From Eledone cirrhosa (taxonomy: Eukaryota), in NCBI GenBank assembly GCA_964016885.1, contig OZ024746.1, positions 29,698,001 to 29,762,000 of the forward strand: a DNA stretch of 64,000 bases, in the 5' to 3' direction. The first letter of the stretch is position 1; the number at the start of each line of letters is the position of its first letter. This document shows, one piece after another, positions 14,121 to 29,351 of the stretch. The translations under genes and the position numbers were made by a program. The notes under the pieces are model-generated. The model saw only the letters and a program-made list of their open reading frames with translations. It searched no databases and was not told where the DNA came from.

Positions 14121-16869
14121 GTATATGTATGTACGTATATAAAATGTGTTTGTATATAAACGTGGGCATATATGCATATACAGATTTTGTTTTTGCTAAA
14201 TTGATTAGTTATCGAATGTTGAAAACGTGAAATGTACCATTTGGTGATTAGGGACAAACATTTGCCAACCACTTATTTCCTAATATTTCAATTAAATACA
14301 ATGATCATAAATACATCATGCCTAATATACCAAGTGTACCTCTATAAAATATAAAACATACATTACTATAACATACAGACAAGATGATATAACACAGGCA
14401 TCTCACCATACAAATAGGTAATGGTCAGAGGGATTTCTTATCACTTCTACTATTCTGTCTACTTATTAGTAACAGCGCCTAATAAACTGTCGAAAATATT
14501 CTCCCATGTATACAAATAAACGTGTATTAAATTGTTCACTTAGTAGCTGAAGTATAGTATTAATTCGAAATCGAATGTCAGATAAACATGTTTATCTACG
14601 AAATAGAATGGTGCTCCGTCAATATCATTGATGAATGTTCCAGTTGTTTTACCAACGGAACTGCATGCTCGTGAAATTAACGTGTAAGTGCCTGAGCATT
14701 CCATAAACATGTGCAATCTTAACGTATTTCCCGGGAAGATTCATGGCGTCAACGTGTATGACAATGCTGATACTTTGAACTATAGGTACAGTACATCCGA
14801 CAGGCTACCACACGATTAGCTGCACACCAGATGTTAAATAAACACACAAAGATGTAACATGTGGATGCCAAAGCAGGTACTATTCCTTAGCCAAATGTAG
14901 ACCCATTTTCAAATGAGAAAATTAGCATAGGTCGCGGTGCATTTCACAAACATGTATACTTCTAGCGTAATTCTCAGAGAGATACAGCTAGACACATTAT
15001 GTGACATGGTTGGCCCTTTTAATTATCGGTATAATCCGTCCGACGGACTTTCAAACAGTTTCCGTCTACACAGTCTTACTCACATGGTATGGGGTGACAC
15101 CAGGCAATGGTAAATATAGTCCTGCTTTATGTATGGGTTATAGGTATATACTGATATATGTAGTGTACAAAATGATATATTCTATGTAGTGTACATGATA
15201 TACTTACAGAACAAAACAGAATGATGTGAGTGGACCCCTTTAAATAGGTCCATACCAATTATAACATCTGCCCCGCTCTCACATAACACCCGCCAAAAGC
15301 TACCGACATTTCAGTTACCTGGACAACGTGGAAGAATTTATTGCCAAAATTACAATGAAACACTGATGGCAGACTTAAACATCTGATTCATCAGCCATAG
15401 TGCAATCATTTTAACCAAGTCAGCGATTTTAATTATAATACACAATAAATACCTAAAACAAAAGAAATCAAGTTAATTACATTACGAAATTATTACTGAA
15501 AATAGTTTTGTTACAGATATAGATTCTAGAATGAGAAATGTAAGCCTCCAAAAATAGGGTTAAAGGTTAAATGTTTTGTAGATGAAATTTTCGCAATTCT
15601 GAAAATGACGAATGGCTGGCGGTTATAAGTATTATCAAATCAGTTGAGATTGACTTGCCGCTAATATTAATTTTGAATCAATATCAACTTTGCAAAATAA
15701 TAAGAAATATAATAAAATTTCTGCCAAATATATTGAAAAATTGTCTGTTGTTTCTAGCCATTCAACTTCCAGTATTGTCAGCGCATTATGATCTGTGATT
15801 TCTCATTACTAAAATTAATTTATAGCCTCCGATCTTCACCTTGCATTAAACATCTTATTCGTTCTTTCTTTAACGGTGTCTTAGGAATTTATATTAAAAG
15901 TTATGATGATTAAATATGTCCTCTGTCAAATATTGTTCCTGGTTTAAATGTTCATAGAATAACGCCATTTTGTTTACATAGTTAAGTCGTTGAATTGACG
16001 TCATATATATAATATCAAAAACCAGCTTTTCACCAAGAATATAAAAGGTGTTTATATTTAGAATGAATAGCTAAAGAAATAGGAAGAAACACTTGATGTG
16101 GTTTCTTTACAATAAATATAAAATGCATAACAATAATAAAATAAAATACCTTCAGTGATATCAATGAATACTTTTTACTTTCGCATAATGTTTAATGTTT
16201 GGCTAAGTAGAGAAAGGGAAGTGAAAACAAATGCACCTTTGAACCAGTTCCCCTTAAGCAACTGGTTACATTTAATGCTGAATAAGAATCCTTTACTAAA
16301 TGAATGTAAGACCTTGATTAATAAATATTCATGTATAAAAAAAAACGTTCCCTTTTAAATGCGTTAAAAGCAAATATCATAATGGGTCCTTCACCAGTTT
16401 CAACGATGAACATTCAGTTGTTCAATCAACTGGACAGCCAATTCGTCAATTTAACATGTAAGTGATTTATATTCCAGCTACACTTGTAAAATGAGTTCTT
16501 TCGCTACACACCGTCAGTATCCGTTAAATCGGATGGCTGGTGTACAATTTATAGGATACTAAATGTATCCTGTAAAAAAATGTTTCCTGTAAAAAATGTT
16601 GACAACATTGTTACATATTTTGGGACCAGACATGTTCCGAATCTAATAAAATAATCTGCCATCAACGTACTCGTATACATTTAGCTGTACTTAGTCACAA
16701 ACTTATACGAGGGTGGTAGTTATTAACTATCATGCCCCTGTAAAATGAACGTCTGTTTTTGTCATTTTATGGATATGTATTGCTGAGTAAAAGTTCTGTA
16801 GCTGACTTTAACTTTACGAGAACTGTCCCTCTCTCAGCTCACTGTCTCACGTAATTTAGGTATACATTA

Positions 16870-17180
16870 TACAATGGGTGGGCTGAATTCCTAGACTGAC
16901 TATGACGGAGTGATGCAAGACCTATGAAATCTTGCATACATTGATTTTAACTCTTATTATCAAATCCCGCCGAGGTTGACTTTGTCTTTCATCCTTACGG
17001 GGTAGATAAAATAAAGTACCAGTAATGCACTGGGTAATTGCTGGCCTTGTGCCTAAAGTAGAAACAATTATTAATAACTGCATTGATCTTTCCAGGGACT
17101 ATGTTGAAGACTACAAATCATGTATTCATTCCATGAGAGTATCTTAGACATCCTATGAACTTTTCAGCCGACATTCGTAT
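16870..17180. mobile_element. Possible mariner-type MITE with a nested SINE fragment (16963-17070)
   Basis: Degenerate inverted ends TACAATGGGTGGGCTGAA and TTCAGCCGACATTCGTA. Confidence 0.35.
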
Positions 17181-18020
17181 ACAAACTTGTCTCCTATAGT
17201 CAGTCTTGTAAACCAATGCGACTACTGCTGAATGATATATAAAATAAACAAAACAAGTCCATGCATAGACGGATCCAATCTTAGCTATTATTTATATTAT
17301 TTAGCAAATGTTTATTTTAGGATGCACTGGACTAAAATAAATAATAGACGTCAGCTGATAAGTTGGTCCATTGTAATTTTGATGAAGTTAAATATGATAT
17401 GTTGACACATATGATATATGAAGGGTTCTCCATCTGTTTCAACGATCGGCATCCAGTTCTATCAACAGTATGGCTACGTAGTGAATCAACGTGTATGTTA
17501 TTGAGTATTCCACAAACAGGTGTATCCTTAAAGCAATTTCTAAACTAACTTAACATACCAAATACGTGACAAGGTTGTACTTTGAATTCCTGGTACAATT
17601 CAAGGGATTCTATTTAGCTTCCGTCTACTCATTTTCACTCCCGTATAGAACACGGCTTTGTCTAACGGCTGCCTCGAAAGATCTTGATTAAACATGACAG
17701 TTATAGATTATGCCCTTAGTTCAATTTCCAACACAAATCATCCTCCACTTCCCTTATTTATTAATCAATGTAATTGACCACATTACATCCAGTGTTAAGA
17801 GTCATAAGTACACTATGGACGAATTAGGTACATAGAATATGATTTACTTCTATAACGTGGTTTTGCTTTTCACAATAAACTGCTCTAGTTTTACCCATTC
17901 ATTTCTATATTTCTACTGTAATGCACTGTTTATTAATCCATTTATTCTGGAATGATTTACTACAGCAATTGTTTCATTGTTTAGAGAGAATTCGTAACAA
18001 AGAGTTAGTATATAAAATTG

Positions 18021-18235
18021 GTGAAATAGGCAGTATCGGTGGAGCGTCGGGCAACATGCTTTATGGCAGAGAGTTACGGCCCTTTACAATCTAGGTTCAA
18101 ATCCTACCATAGTTATCTCTGCCTTTCATCCTTACGGGGTCGATAAAATAAAGTACAAGTAATACACTGGGTACGATTTAATCAACTTTCCCCTCCCCTT
18201 AACATTGTTGGCCTTGTGCCTAAATCAGAAACCAA
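18021..18235 (+). mobile_element. SINE with Meta-domain-like core
   Basis: A/B-box-like head, GCCTTTCATCCTTACGGGGTCGATAAAATAAAGTAC core and GGCCTTGTGCC tail. Confidence 0.75.
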
Positions 18236-19043
18236 TATTTTAATTTGAATGACTATGAAACTGTTGGCTTTTGGTTCATTGAAGCAGCGGCGGTTTAGCG
18301 AGAGTTGTATCAAAAGAGTTAAATAGGAACCCTTTGAAATGTTTGGTTTTGATTTATAGTTTAGAGCGAGTTAGTATCAAACGGGTTAAGTAATGACTTT
18401 CAACTTCATTTCCCTGCGATAAGTGGCCGAGCTAAACTGCCGACCTGTTTACCACTCAAAACTAAACATGGGCTGCTTTTACTAGAGTTTACTCTGTTGC
18501 AAGAATTAAGGTCACGACTCCAGTTTGAGCATAACCCAGCATGGCTGAATGGTGAAGAAGTTCACTTTGCAACCAGAAAAAGGTCGGGTTTTATCCATAG
18601 AATGAAATCTTAGACATGTATTGTTTAGCATAGCATCAGTCGAGCCAATCATTGTGAGTGGACTCCAATAACTGTAAACTGCTTGGAAACTCATCAGATG
18701 GGCTCTACCTCGAATTCATATGGTCAGCCTTGTCCCCGCTGAATCTTCCTGAAAATTACATTAGGTGTACATGTAACATTTCCTTCTGGATTTTGTTAAA
18801 TGTTCTCGTACCTGTTGATTGTACAGCTACTTGCCAGTTAATTTCATGTATAACTAGAACACTCCTCGTCGAAACCTACGGGTGTCCTTTCAATTCCGGG
18901 ATAATTCCTTACCTTTCTTTCACTAGGTTTTGTGTTCCCTGTAATAAGGCCCTAGATGTCATGTTTATTTCTCTGACTAAGCAAAATAGAAAAAGCTTTG
19001 TGATGGAAATTTGGTAAACAAAAACTGATTGTAAGGCCATCGT

Positions 19044-19123
<80 letters not shown>

Positions 19124-19844
19124 CTCTCTCTCTCTCTCTCTCTCTCCCTCTCTCTCTGTTAAGTGTCTGTTATTACGAGTGTGTTTCTGTTGTTCGTCCA
19201 ATAATTTAGCTTCGCCACAAAGAGATCATGTAAAGAATAAATACCAAAAATGAAAAAAAATCAAAATACAGGGTCGATATGAACGAATAAATCCTTTTTA
19301 AGCAATGCCACAACGTAGCAGTAGTCGAATAACTGAAACCAATAACAGAATGAAGAAAAGGACACTTAAAAACCTGTAATTTTGTTTCGTATCAAATATT
19401 ATTTTCTTCGGGGAACTCTTTTCTATGGTTTCTATAAGTTATTTAAAGCAAAGTATATTGTTTCGCATTCTGTGATTCCTTTCTGTTTTTTCCTCCCTTT
19501 TTAACTCCACACTTTTGATTTGTGCTGTTTCCGGAAAACAATAATAGCAAAGAAATAATCAAGTGTTTCGTAACCATTGTTAAAAACAACATAACCAGTT
19601 GTTTATATCAAGTTGTAGGTGACGCTTTCAACAGTGGAAAGTATCGTTTTTTTGATGGTGTGACGTTTGTGATTCACCGATATTGTATACCACTTTAGAT
19701 GCAAGTGACCAATTTAGTCGGTAACTTAAAAGCATCACATTATAGGCTTCATCAACATTTCCACAATACATTAATGTATTTTCCTTCGTTTTTAGCAGTA
19801 AAATGATGATGTGACAGTTGTTTCATATATATATATATATTTAT

Positions 19845-19929
<85 letters not shown>

Positions 19930-20372
19930 AGAGAGCGAGGGAGAGTTCTTTGTAAAGAATACAGTTAGTGTTTTATTTATTCATTCATTTACATTCATTT
20001 ATTTTGCTGGCTATCAAACTTAGTAGTTTCACACAGAATCCACATGAGCAATTTAGTAAGCAAACGACATTTTGTTTTTCATTCTGGCCATATAATATAG
20101 AGTATATGATATGTAGAGCTCTTCAATGATACACACACATTTTCCTGGTAAATTTCCTCATCAAAGCAATGTCTTCACAGGTTTTCATATTTAATATTAC
20201 ATCAGTAAACTATTTCTAGCTCAGTCATATAATATTGTCTTCGTAATGAATTTAAAGAATTTCAGCAAAGAGAAAACATTTCTCTGTAGTTATTCTATTA
20301 CAAACCGCCATTTCCCGAATGTATTCAATTTTGCAATAATTGTATACCTTGGAATATCATTTAATGTTCGTT

Positions 20373-20902
20373 TTCACCCCTTTGATATCAAACTACCTGA
20401 ATCCGCCCCGAGTTCTATGATATACAACTGTTTGTTTTAGACCTTCCATGATACTTTTATTTACAAACATTACTGAAAGTTCGATATATTAATAAATTCC
20501 CTTCAGACTATTGATTATTTTCAAAATCATTTCAAAAATCATATGCAGTGTCTTTCATTAAAAATCTGGCAAGGAAAAGTTTAAAGAATGTTTATCTAAA
20601 ATCTCCCTATTAAAATACTATGAAAAGAAAAACTTATGTTCCAAATATGAAACTAAATTCCTCAACATTATTTGGAAATCATAGGCAGTAGCATCCATTA
20701 GAAATATGATTTAAAAAATTATCTATATTTATCTAAAAACCATCCATGTTTTATAAGAACCATAAGTAATGTTCCATACACAAGCTAAGTAATGAGAACG
20801 CCAGTTATATTACTAAATCTATTTAATTTTCGTATTACTTTGAAAGTTCTATGAAAATCATAAGCAGAGTCTTTCATTAGAAATATGGAAATGAAAGGGT
20901 TA
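20373..20902 (+). mobile_element. piggyBac-like MITE with triplicated 3' part
   Basis: Begins CCCCTTTGATATC and ends GAAAGGGTTAA. Related pieces at about 1545-1669, 18290-18389 and 57835-58087 (-). Confidence 0.5.
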
Positions 20903-21475
20903 AGTATTGGCGAAATCGAAATTAGAAATGATCGACAGAAATCTTTGTCTGATTTGTTTATACCATTCGCAACCTCAATTTCCCTACTATACATAAACAC
21001 AAGGTGATTATAAGTGTATATATAGGAAAATTAGATTTATTTTTTCTATTTATAATTTATCGATATTGTTTGTGGTCGGACTTGTATCAAAATCAACCTT
21101 TTGTTTCAATGTACAAGAATACAATCAAAAACACAATAAACCTCATAAATATACATATATTCAAATTATGGTACTTCAGAATTAAATCAACGAGATACGA
21201 TCCAGCGGTGCAAATATAATAAATAAATGTATAATAAATAAAGAGAAAAATAGATAAGTAATACAAGTAAATAAACCGGTATAGGAATGGCAGTATGGTT
21301 AAGAAGCTTTCTTCGCTATCACGTGGCACAGGATTCCGTCCCGCTACGCGGCACCATGAGAAAATGTCATATGCTATAGCTGCGAGTTGACCGCTACGTT
21401 GTGAATGAAACTTGGTAGACGGAAATTGTAGAAGCCTGTATATGTAGGTATGCATGTATATGTATAAATGAGTAA

Positions 21476-21527
<52 letters not shown>

Positions 21528-21551
21528 ATATAATATATATAATATATATAT

Positions 21552-22812
21552 AAAGAATTTGTGTTGGAGGGACTCAAATTCATCTTGGAAAACAATTTCT
21601 TCGAATTCAATTCCAAATACTACAGACAGAAATCTGGGACTGCCATGGGCACGAAAGTGGCCCCCTCATACGCCAACCTTGTCATGGGATATTTGGCAAC
21701 CACTTCTACCAACACATAGAAAAGAACTGGAAGAGATATCTGGACGACTGCTTCATCCTCTGGCATGAAAGTATAGATAGACTGTTTGAGTTTAAAACCC
21801 TTCTGAATGGACTCAACACAAACTTACAATTCACAATGGATTACAGCCATGAACAACTCCCTTTCCTCGACATCTTCATCAAGAAAACAAGTAACAAAAT
21901 AGAAACAGACATATACTACAAACCCACAGACTCCAAACAATACCTTCCATTCAACTCGTGCCACCCTAGACACACCAAAATGGCAATTCCTTATAACCTA
22001 GCCAGAAGGATCTGCACAATTGTTTCAGATAAATACACATGCTACACACGACTAAAAGAATTAAAAAACCACACTTATCAGCAGAAACTACCCACCATCC
22101 CTAATCAACAATGGATTCCAACCTGCCCTAAAACTAGATATTCAGGAACTCAGATACGCCAAACCCAGGAATGAACCGCAACAAAAAAACTCTACCATAC
22201 ATCTCCACACACAACCACCTCAACAATGAGGCATTCGACACTATCCTCCAGAACATTCCTTTACTAAAAAGAGACCCAAGAATGAACAAAATCCTCCAAA
22301 CACACACAATAAAGAGCAAAAGACAACCTAAATCCATAAAAAACATCCTCAGACAAGCCAAAATCCAACAAACCCTCACAATGAACCCTACAGTAACAAA
22401 ATGCGGAAGGCCCAACTGTGGCATATGCATAAATCTAATAGAAGCTTCAACATTCCATTTTAAACAAGGACAGCGTTTCACAGTTAAACACAACTTTACA
22501 TGTGAATCTGAAAACCTAATCTATGTTTTGACATGCTCAGGTTGTCAAGAGCACTACATAGGACAGACAAAAAACAGCCTCCGTCAACGTATTACCGTCA
22601 TTAAATTACAAATTAAAATACAGGAATACAGAAAGATTGCATTTAGTGAACATATCGCCAATTGTGCTCACAACGAACATCCAAACTTTAAAATTTCCCC
22701 CATTTACAAATTCATAGACATCGCTACTTTCATCCAACGTACCAATAAGGAAACATATTTTATTAACAAATTCCAACCTCTACTTAATGCTCTAAGAATC
22801 GGACCACTCTAA
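21552..22812 (+). pseudogene. PLE RT plus GIY-YIG endonuclease, frameshifted
   Basis: YRQKSGTAMGTKVAPSYAN, WKRYLDD, LPFLD, YYKPT, SCHP, linker CGRPNCGIC and NLIYVLTCSGC..HYIGQT. Confidence 0.88.
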
Positions 22813-23453
22813 AACTGCAACAAACAATTAACCATTTACAAGAGTTACCTCCCTCACACCCTACCTAATCCTTTTTCTTAAATAATCAAATATCGTCCAG
22901 CAAGAATTGCTTCCCCCTGCATATTAATTCTCTAAAAAGGGAAATCATATCAAACCTCAGTCCACCATTTGCCTCCATCATGGAATCATGGATCAACTAA
23001 ACACTCTTGCTACATTAACACATTTTGATTTGCTTAACTTCAAGAACTATGCCTGTAAATAACATTATTTTTTCTTCCACATTGACTTTTTAAGCTCTAC
23101 ATTATGACCGTTTTTTTTCTTTTTTCTTTTTCTTTTCACTTCATAAGCCTTGTTCGTAAATAACATTATTCTTTCTGCACCTTCTCTTTAACATGTGTGA
23201 TACCACACTAATACATTTCACTATCATTTGATAATGCATAAAAATGCTGAAACCGGTAATAGACAATTATTAAATATATAAATAGATAAATAAATGCCAT
23301 TGTTAAATAATAAATAAATCAACTAATACCTTAACACTTCACACAAAGTAAAACATTTCGTTTTAATCACTTTCTAACCCAGAAAAAAGAGAGAGAGAAA
23401 CAAAAAAAGAAAAAAAAAATGTTTCTTCCTAATATTCGTCTCTTTCTCCCTGT

Positions 23454-23457
<4 letters not shown>
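21552..23457 (+). mobile_element. 5'-truncated Penelope-like element (Neptune-like)
   Basis: RT plus GIY-YIG relic, a 3' UTR with a decayed HHR at 23221-23262 (UUGAUAA..GCAU/AUGC..GAAACCGGUA), and (TA)n on both sides. Confidence 0.85.
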
Positions 23458-23517
<60 letters not shown>

Positions 23518-23526
23518 ATATATATG

Positions 23527-23569
<43 letters not shown>

Positions 23570-23609
23570 GATATTTATTGTGTAATGACCTGTTATATAA
23601 TATTTACAC

Positions 23610-23719
<110 letters not shown>

Positions 23720-23766
23720 GTATATATATATGTATATATTATATAACAGGTCAATACACAATAAAT

Positions 23767-23799
<33 letters not shown>

Positions 23800-23801
<2 letters not shown>

Positions 23802-24100
23802 TGTATTATCTTGCAATGTGTGTGGACGCTCTCTTCTAACAAGAACTGGATTTGTCAAAGGAGCTAGTAAGATATCGAGCCACTTGCGAGATGGTTCTAC
23901 CACCACGCGCTCCGCGGTGCATTTACAATGTCATGGTAGAATACATAAAGACACATCCCTGCCGTTAATTCTAGGAGGCAGACAGTTCAAGTGTCACATT
24001 TGTGAACGTGCTTGCAAGCTGGTCTGAAAAGACGCGTGGGTTCAATTGATCGTGCAACGTTCAATGAATGAAGGGATGGCACACTTCTGACAAGAAGTAA
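23800..24100 (+). mobile_element. Decayed LINE 3' end with C2H2-like fingers (RTE-BovB-like)
   Basis: [13 protein letters not shown]...SHLR and [11 protein letters not shown]; no TGEKP linkers, and a frameshift follows. Confidence 0.5.
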
Positions 24101-24242
24101 TCTGTTCTCCTCTAGGTTTATGGACGTAGCTTAGTTTCAGTGGTTCTCCCCGCAATCAGAAGGTTCAGGGTTTGATATGTGAAGAATTCAGTTGTATATT
24201 TTCAAAACAAGAAATGAGACACAAAAATAAATGTATAAAATA

Positions 24243-24385
24243 ATTGTTTCTCATTTTGGCACAAGGCCAGCAATTACCCAGTGCATTACTGGTACTTTAT
24301 TTTATCGACCCCGTAAGGATGAAAGGCAAAGTTAACCTTGGCGGGATTTGAACTCAGAATGGAAAGCGCCGTAACTCTATGCGTC
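24243..24385 (-). mobile_element. SINE with Meta-domain-like core
   Basis: Reverse complement nearly matches 41570-41690. Confidence 0.8.
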
Positions 24386-24918
24386 AAAGCATGGCGTCCG
24401 AAAATAATGAAGATAAATGGGGTGGTGAAGACATTACAATTATGGTTGGATAAATCATTGTGGGACAGGCCAGTGACAATTTTCAGCCATTCCATTTCAA
24501 GCGTCTTCTTTCTCAGGCATAATGTACTTCTCCAGATTTAGCGTAGCAGAAAGTTAGCCAGGGAACCGAACACAGCGTATGTCACAAGGGCGAACAACAT
24601 CAAATGGAACGGGACAGCCAGTAACTGGTATTTAGTTGTCTCATGTTCCTATATGCTTGTCCGGTAACACTGGAGGAGGCTGTCCTGTAACCCAGCATCA
24701 CATTAGATGAGAATTGTAAGACAACTAGCCTCCTTATATGGATTGTATTTTACAAAACAACCCTTGTTCTATCGTATTTTGAAAATAGTAAATATTATAT
24801 AGACAATATTATTTAGACTAAGATAAGTGTTCTGATATATGATAGGGAGATGGGTACTCACACACAGTCATACGTACGCACGTAAAATTACACACACGCA
24901 CACCCACATATATGTATG

Positions 24919-25001
<83 letters not shown>

Positions 25002-25013
25002 ATACACAGCTAT

Positions 25014-25073
<60 letters not shown>

Positions 25074-25187
25074 ATACAGAGTGGGAGACATTAAAAAGAA
25101 AGGTGATATTACACAGAAAAAGTGGATATATATTTATGTATTTGTATATAGATATGCATACATATATATGTGCATGAATGCATATAG

Positions 25188-25241
<54 letters not shown>

Positions 25242-25316
25242 CTCTCTCTCTATTTATCTCTCTCTCTCTCTATCTGTACATATATATGTGTGTGTGTGTC
25301 TGTATCCATCTACGTA

Positions 25317-25361
<45 letters not shown>

Positions 25362-25460
25362 CATATATAATATACATATAACATATATATATACACACAT
25401 ATATATATATATATAAAATGTATATATATATATATGTTATATGTATATTATATATATATG

Positions 25461-25528
<68 letters not shown>

Positions 25529-25567
25529 CATATATATATAATATACATATAACATATATATATATAT

Positions 25568-25703
<136 letters not shown>

Positions 25704-26156
25704 CGTATGACAAAGGCAGTGTAGTGTTGTGAGTTAAGAAACGAAGTTAGTTTTCTAGTATGTCAGTGATAGATGAGAATATAGTTGATATCTGATATCC
25801 TCATTTATCATATGTCTGTTTTACTGCTTTACTGGCCTTACTGAGTTTTACTCTGTTTACTGTGTTTTCTCTACATATTTACTAACTCATCTGTATATAT
25901 AATCGCTCTTCTCCATATTCCCCCCCCCTTGTTCCACTCCGTATCTCTCTGTACACACACACACAAAGACAAACACAAACACACACAATCACACAATCAC
26001 ACAAACACACATACACACACATACACACACATATATATATATATATATATACAGACACGTGTGTGTGTGTGTGTGGGTCTAAAACTCTCTGATTCATATA
26101 TTGCATCTGGCGTAGATGATCTTACATACACTGATATTGTCCCTAATATATTCTTA

Positions 26157-26321
<165 letters not shown>

Positions 26322-27836
26322 ATGCTTTGGAGAGGGTCAGAAACGATATATATATATAAAATGAAAGATTAAGAAAGTTATGCTCTGCTCTCTCTCTATA
26401 TATATATACATATATACATATATATACACACATATGTGTGTGTATGCTAGCTGTCGGTACGAGATCCATATATTTAAAAAGCCTGCTGTAGTTTATCAAT
26501 CGTAGAGGAACCTCATTAGGAAGAAGCCTCCTTCTCTCTCTCTCACACTGTTTCTTACCCTCACTCACTCTCTAGTTCTCTCTCCAGTTTAATATATCCA
26601 CATTTCAACATGTGTATCTCCCTTGAGACTGTTGAAAGTTTTGGAGAAATACGAAGAATTTCCTAAAATATTTTTTCACTGCAAGCAAAGCTCCGAAGAA
26701 AGGACCTCGGTCGGTTTCGGCGATGAGTGTTTTTGTTGTTCCTGGTAACTTTTCGCCACAGCATAGCTGAATATTTAAGATCATTTGGCAATGGTGACAT
26801 CCTGAGTTCGTTCTCACACCATGTTTCTATGGTAAGCGTCATTTGCATAATTTTGGGTGTACCCATACCTTGTGAGTGGAATTAGGTAGACAGCATCTAT
26901 TTGGAAGCCTGTTGGATAGTCTTACCTGTAAGTCAAAAGGCCAGATATTAATTTGTATCTTGGTTGGGGCTGGTACCTCTTTGGTTCACAACTGTTGTTA
27001 GGAAAGGGAAAATGGTCGAAAACAACATAAAACATTTAATTAACGTAAAAGATATAAAATTCTAAATAGAAATCTACGGTAGGTAACTGTGTTTAGTTAC
27101 ATAGGGTAATAAATCTACTGTACCTCATTGTGTTTCTATCCACAGACAATTACTGCCAATTAGATCGAGAGGTGTACATACAGACAAGTACCACTGTGTA
27201 TAATGAGATCGACAAGTGCACATACAGAAACACACACTCATGCACACACACTCATGCACACACACACACACACAGACACACACACACATTCGCACCCTCT
27301 CTCACACAAACACACACGCATATACACAGATTCGAATACACACACATAGACAAGTGGAACGAAGCTTTGTATGCTTCAATGATGAGTGTTACAGATGTGA
27401 GTTCAACAGAGCAGCCTGATTGTGAAATTAAATAAAACCACCTACAACTACGGTAGAAATATATGGTATGATTTCAGTTATGTAACATGTTAATGGCTAA
27501 TCCTTCTACTCAAACGTGTACAATTAACGTAATTTCTAGGGAGATTCAGCTGGACAAACTGTGTGTAACAAAACTGGTCATTTGAGGTACAGGTATACCT
27601 TAATTTTTGCCAGGTTAATTGACTGAAATAACAGGAAAGGAAGTGTCTCGCGCAAGGAGAGAACACCCCGACGGGAGTAGAACTCACTTCTCTGTGACCG
27701 TTTGCTTGACTGCTTAACCACTAAGCCACCCATCTTTATAAACTCTGTTAGATAACTGAAGTCATTTGTGAAACGTATAAAACGGTCGATATACAATAAA
27801 AAAGAATTGAAAGTGAAACTTCGTTATATCATACTT

Positions 27837-27883
<47 letters not shown>

Positions 27884-27932
27884 TAATAAAATAATGAATA
27901 AACAAAGAAACAGTTCCTTATATTAAAAAAAT

Positions 27933-28074
27933 TCATCATTTTACGATCGTTTCTAGGATATATATGTGTTAGAGTTGGTATGCATATTCTATAGATCTAT
28001 GTACAATATTTATACAAACTATCAGAGGGAATATACATACCTACACATATATATGCTGTCTTCAGAAATAATGA
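27933..28074 (-). ncRNA. Type I hammerhead with a 105-nt extended stem II
   Basis: Stem I UCAUUAUUU/AAAUGAUGA, core CUGAAGA and GAAAC, palindromic stem III ACGAUCGU, GUA triplet. Confidence 0.8.
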
Positions 28075-28705
28075 TATTTGTTTATTGAAAAAAACAAAGA
28101 TTCAATACAATAGGTCTGTTTGGGAACAGGTTTTGAATTGACCAATAGAGAGATAGTGAGGGTCAGGATAGTAATATAGTAGTAGAAGAACCTTAAATTA
28201 TGGGTAGAGGAAGGTAGATTTCAGTTTTGGATGGAAAAGAATATTATGAATGAAGGATTATTTTAGGGAAGAAATAGGTCTTATGCTGACCTCAGAAATA
28301 ATTTTATTCTTTCATTGAATAAAACCAACAAAGATCTAATATATTCTGTCTGTTTGGTAAGAGGTTTAGAATTAACCAATAGAAAGTTAATAATTAGCCA
28401 AATGGTAAAATAGTAGTAATTGAAGCTTGTTTTAGGGGTGAAAATAGGTCAGGGGGTCAGTAAAAGGTATACAAGCAGTTGCTGTTATAAAATAGTAATG
28501 CCAATACAAATATCTAAGGTGACTAAAGTTTTAAGATAAGAATGTTAGTGAAAAAATACTTCTATGAAAAGAATATAAATTAATTTAATTGATGGGTATA
28601 TTTATATTGATAAAATTATACTAATACATATAGATATGATAAATAAGAGTTAGATGCAGTTGAAAAGTGCTGTTAAAGATGAGGGGGAAATTAAAAGAAT
28701 ATTAA

Positions 28706-28741
<36 letters not shown>

Positions 28742-28898
28742 TTATACATATATATATATATATACATATGTATACACATACACACACATATATATATATA
28801 CATATATATACACTTATATATATACATATATATACATATATATACACATACACACACACACATACACACATATATACATATACATATACATAAATATA

Positions 28899-28929
<31 letters not shown>

Positions 28930-29351
28930 AGATATATACATGCATATATACATACATACACATACATATACACACACATATACACTTATATATACATATA
29001 ATTATTGGGGGGGGGGATTAAATTTATTAGTGAGAAATAGTAAATATATATAGTTTTCAAGGAACATAGAGTCATAACCTGAAGTTAAAGCATTATATAT
29101 GTTTACTTAATGGTATCAGTTTTAGGAAATGATATTTGTAAGAAGGAAAGCAAAATTATGTAGTTCATCAGTAGTAGAATATTAATTATAGGTTAACTAA
29201 ATTAAAAATAGTTTATATATTAATTTCAAAAGTGTATATTAATTAGGTTTATAATTTTTAAAGCAGAATTATGTAGTTCATCAGTAGTAGAATATTAATT
29301 ATAGGTTAACTAAATTAAAAATAATTCATAAATTAATTTCTAAAGTGTATA

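Noticed and set aside
20530-20902. Repeated minus-strand peptide FLMKD[ST]AYDF with apparently synonymous variation
   Set aside because: It coincides with the triplicated 3' end of a TTAA-type MITE, and the frames are interrupted by stops.
23800-24030. Host C2H2 zinc-finger gene exon
   Set aside because: No TGEKP linkers, broken His spacing and a frameshift; it fits an RTE-type LINE C-terminus better.
27750-27795. CTGAAGT...GAAAC...GTC hammerhead-like string
   Set aside because: Stem I cannot form and stem II is weak; at best a decayed relic.
29160-29290. Two minus-strand CTGATGA motifs in the 112-bp duplication
   Set aside because: No downstream GAAA or stems; neither HHR nor SECIS.
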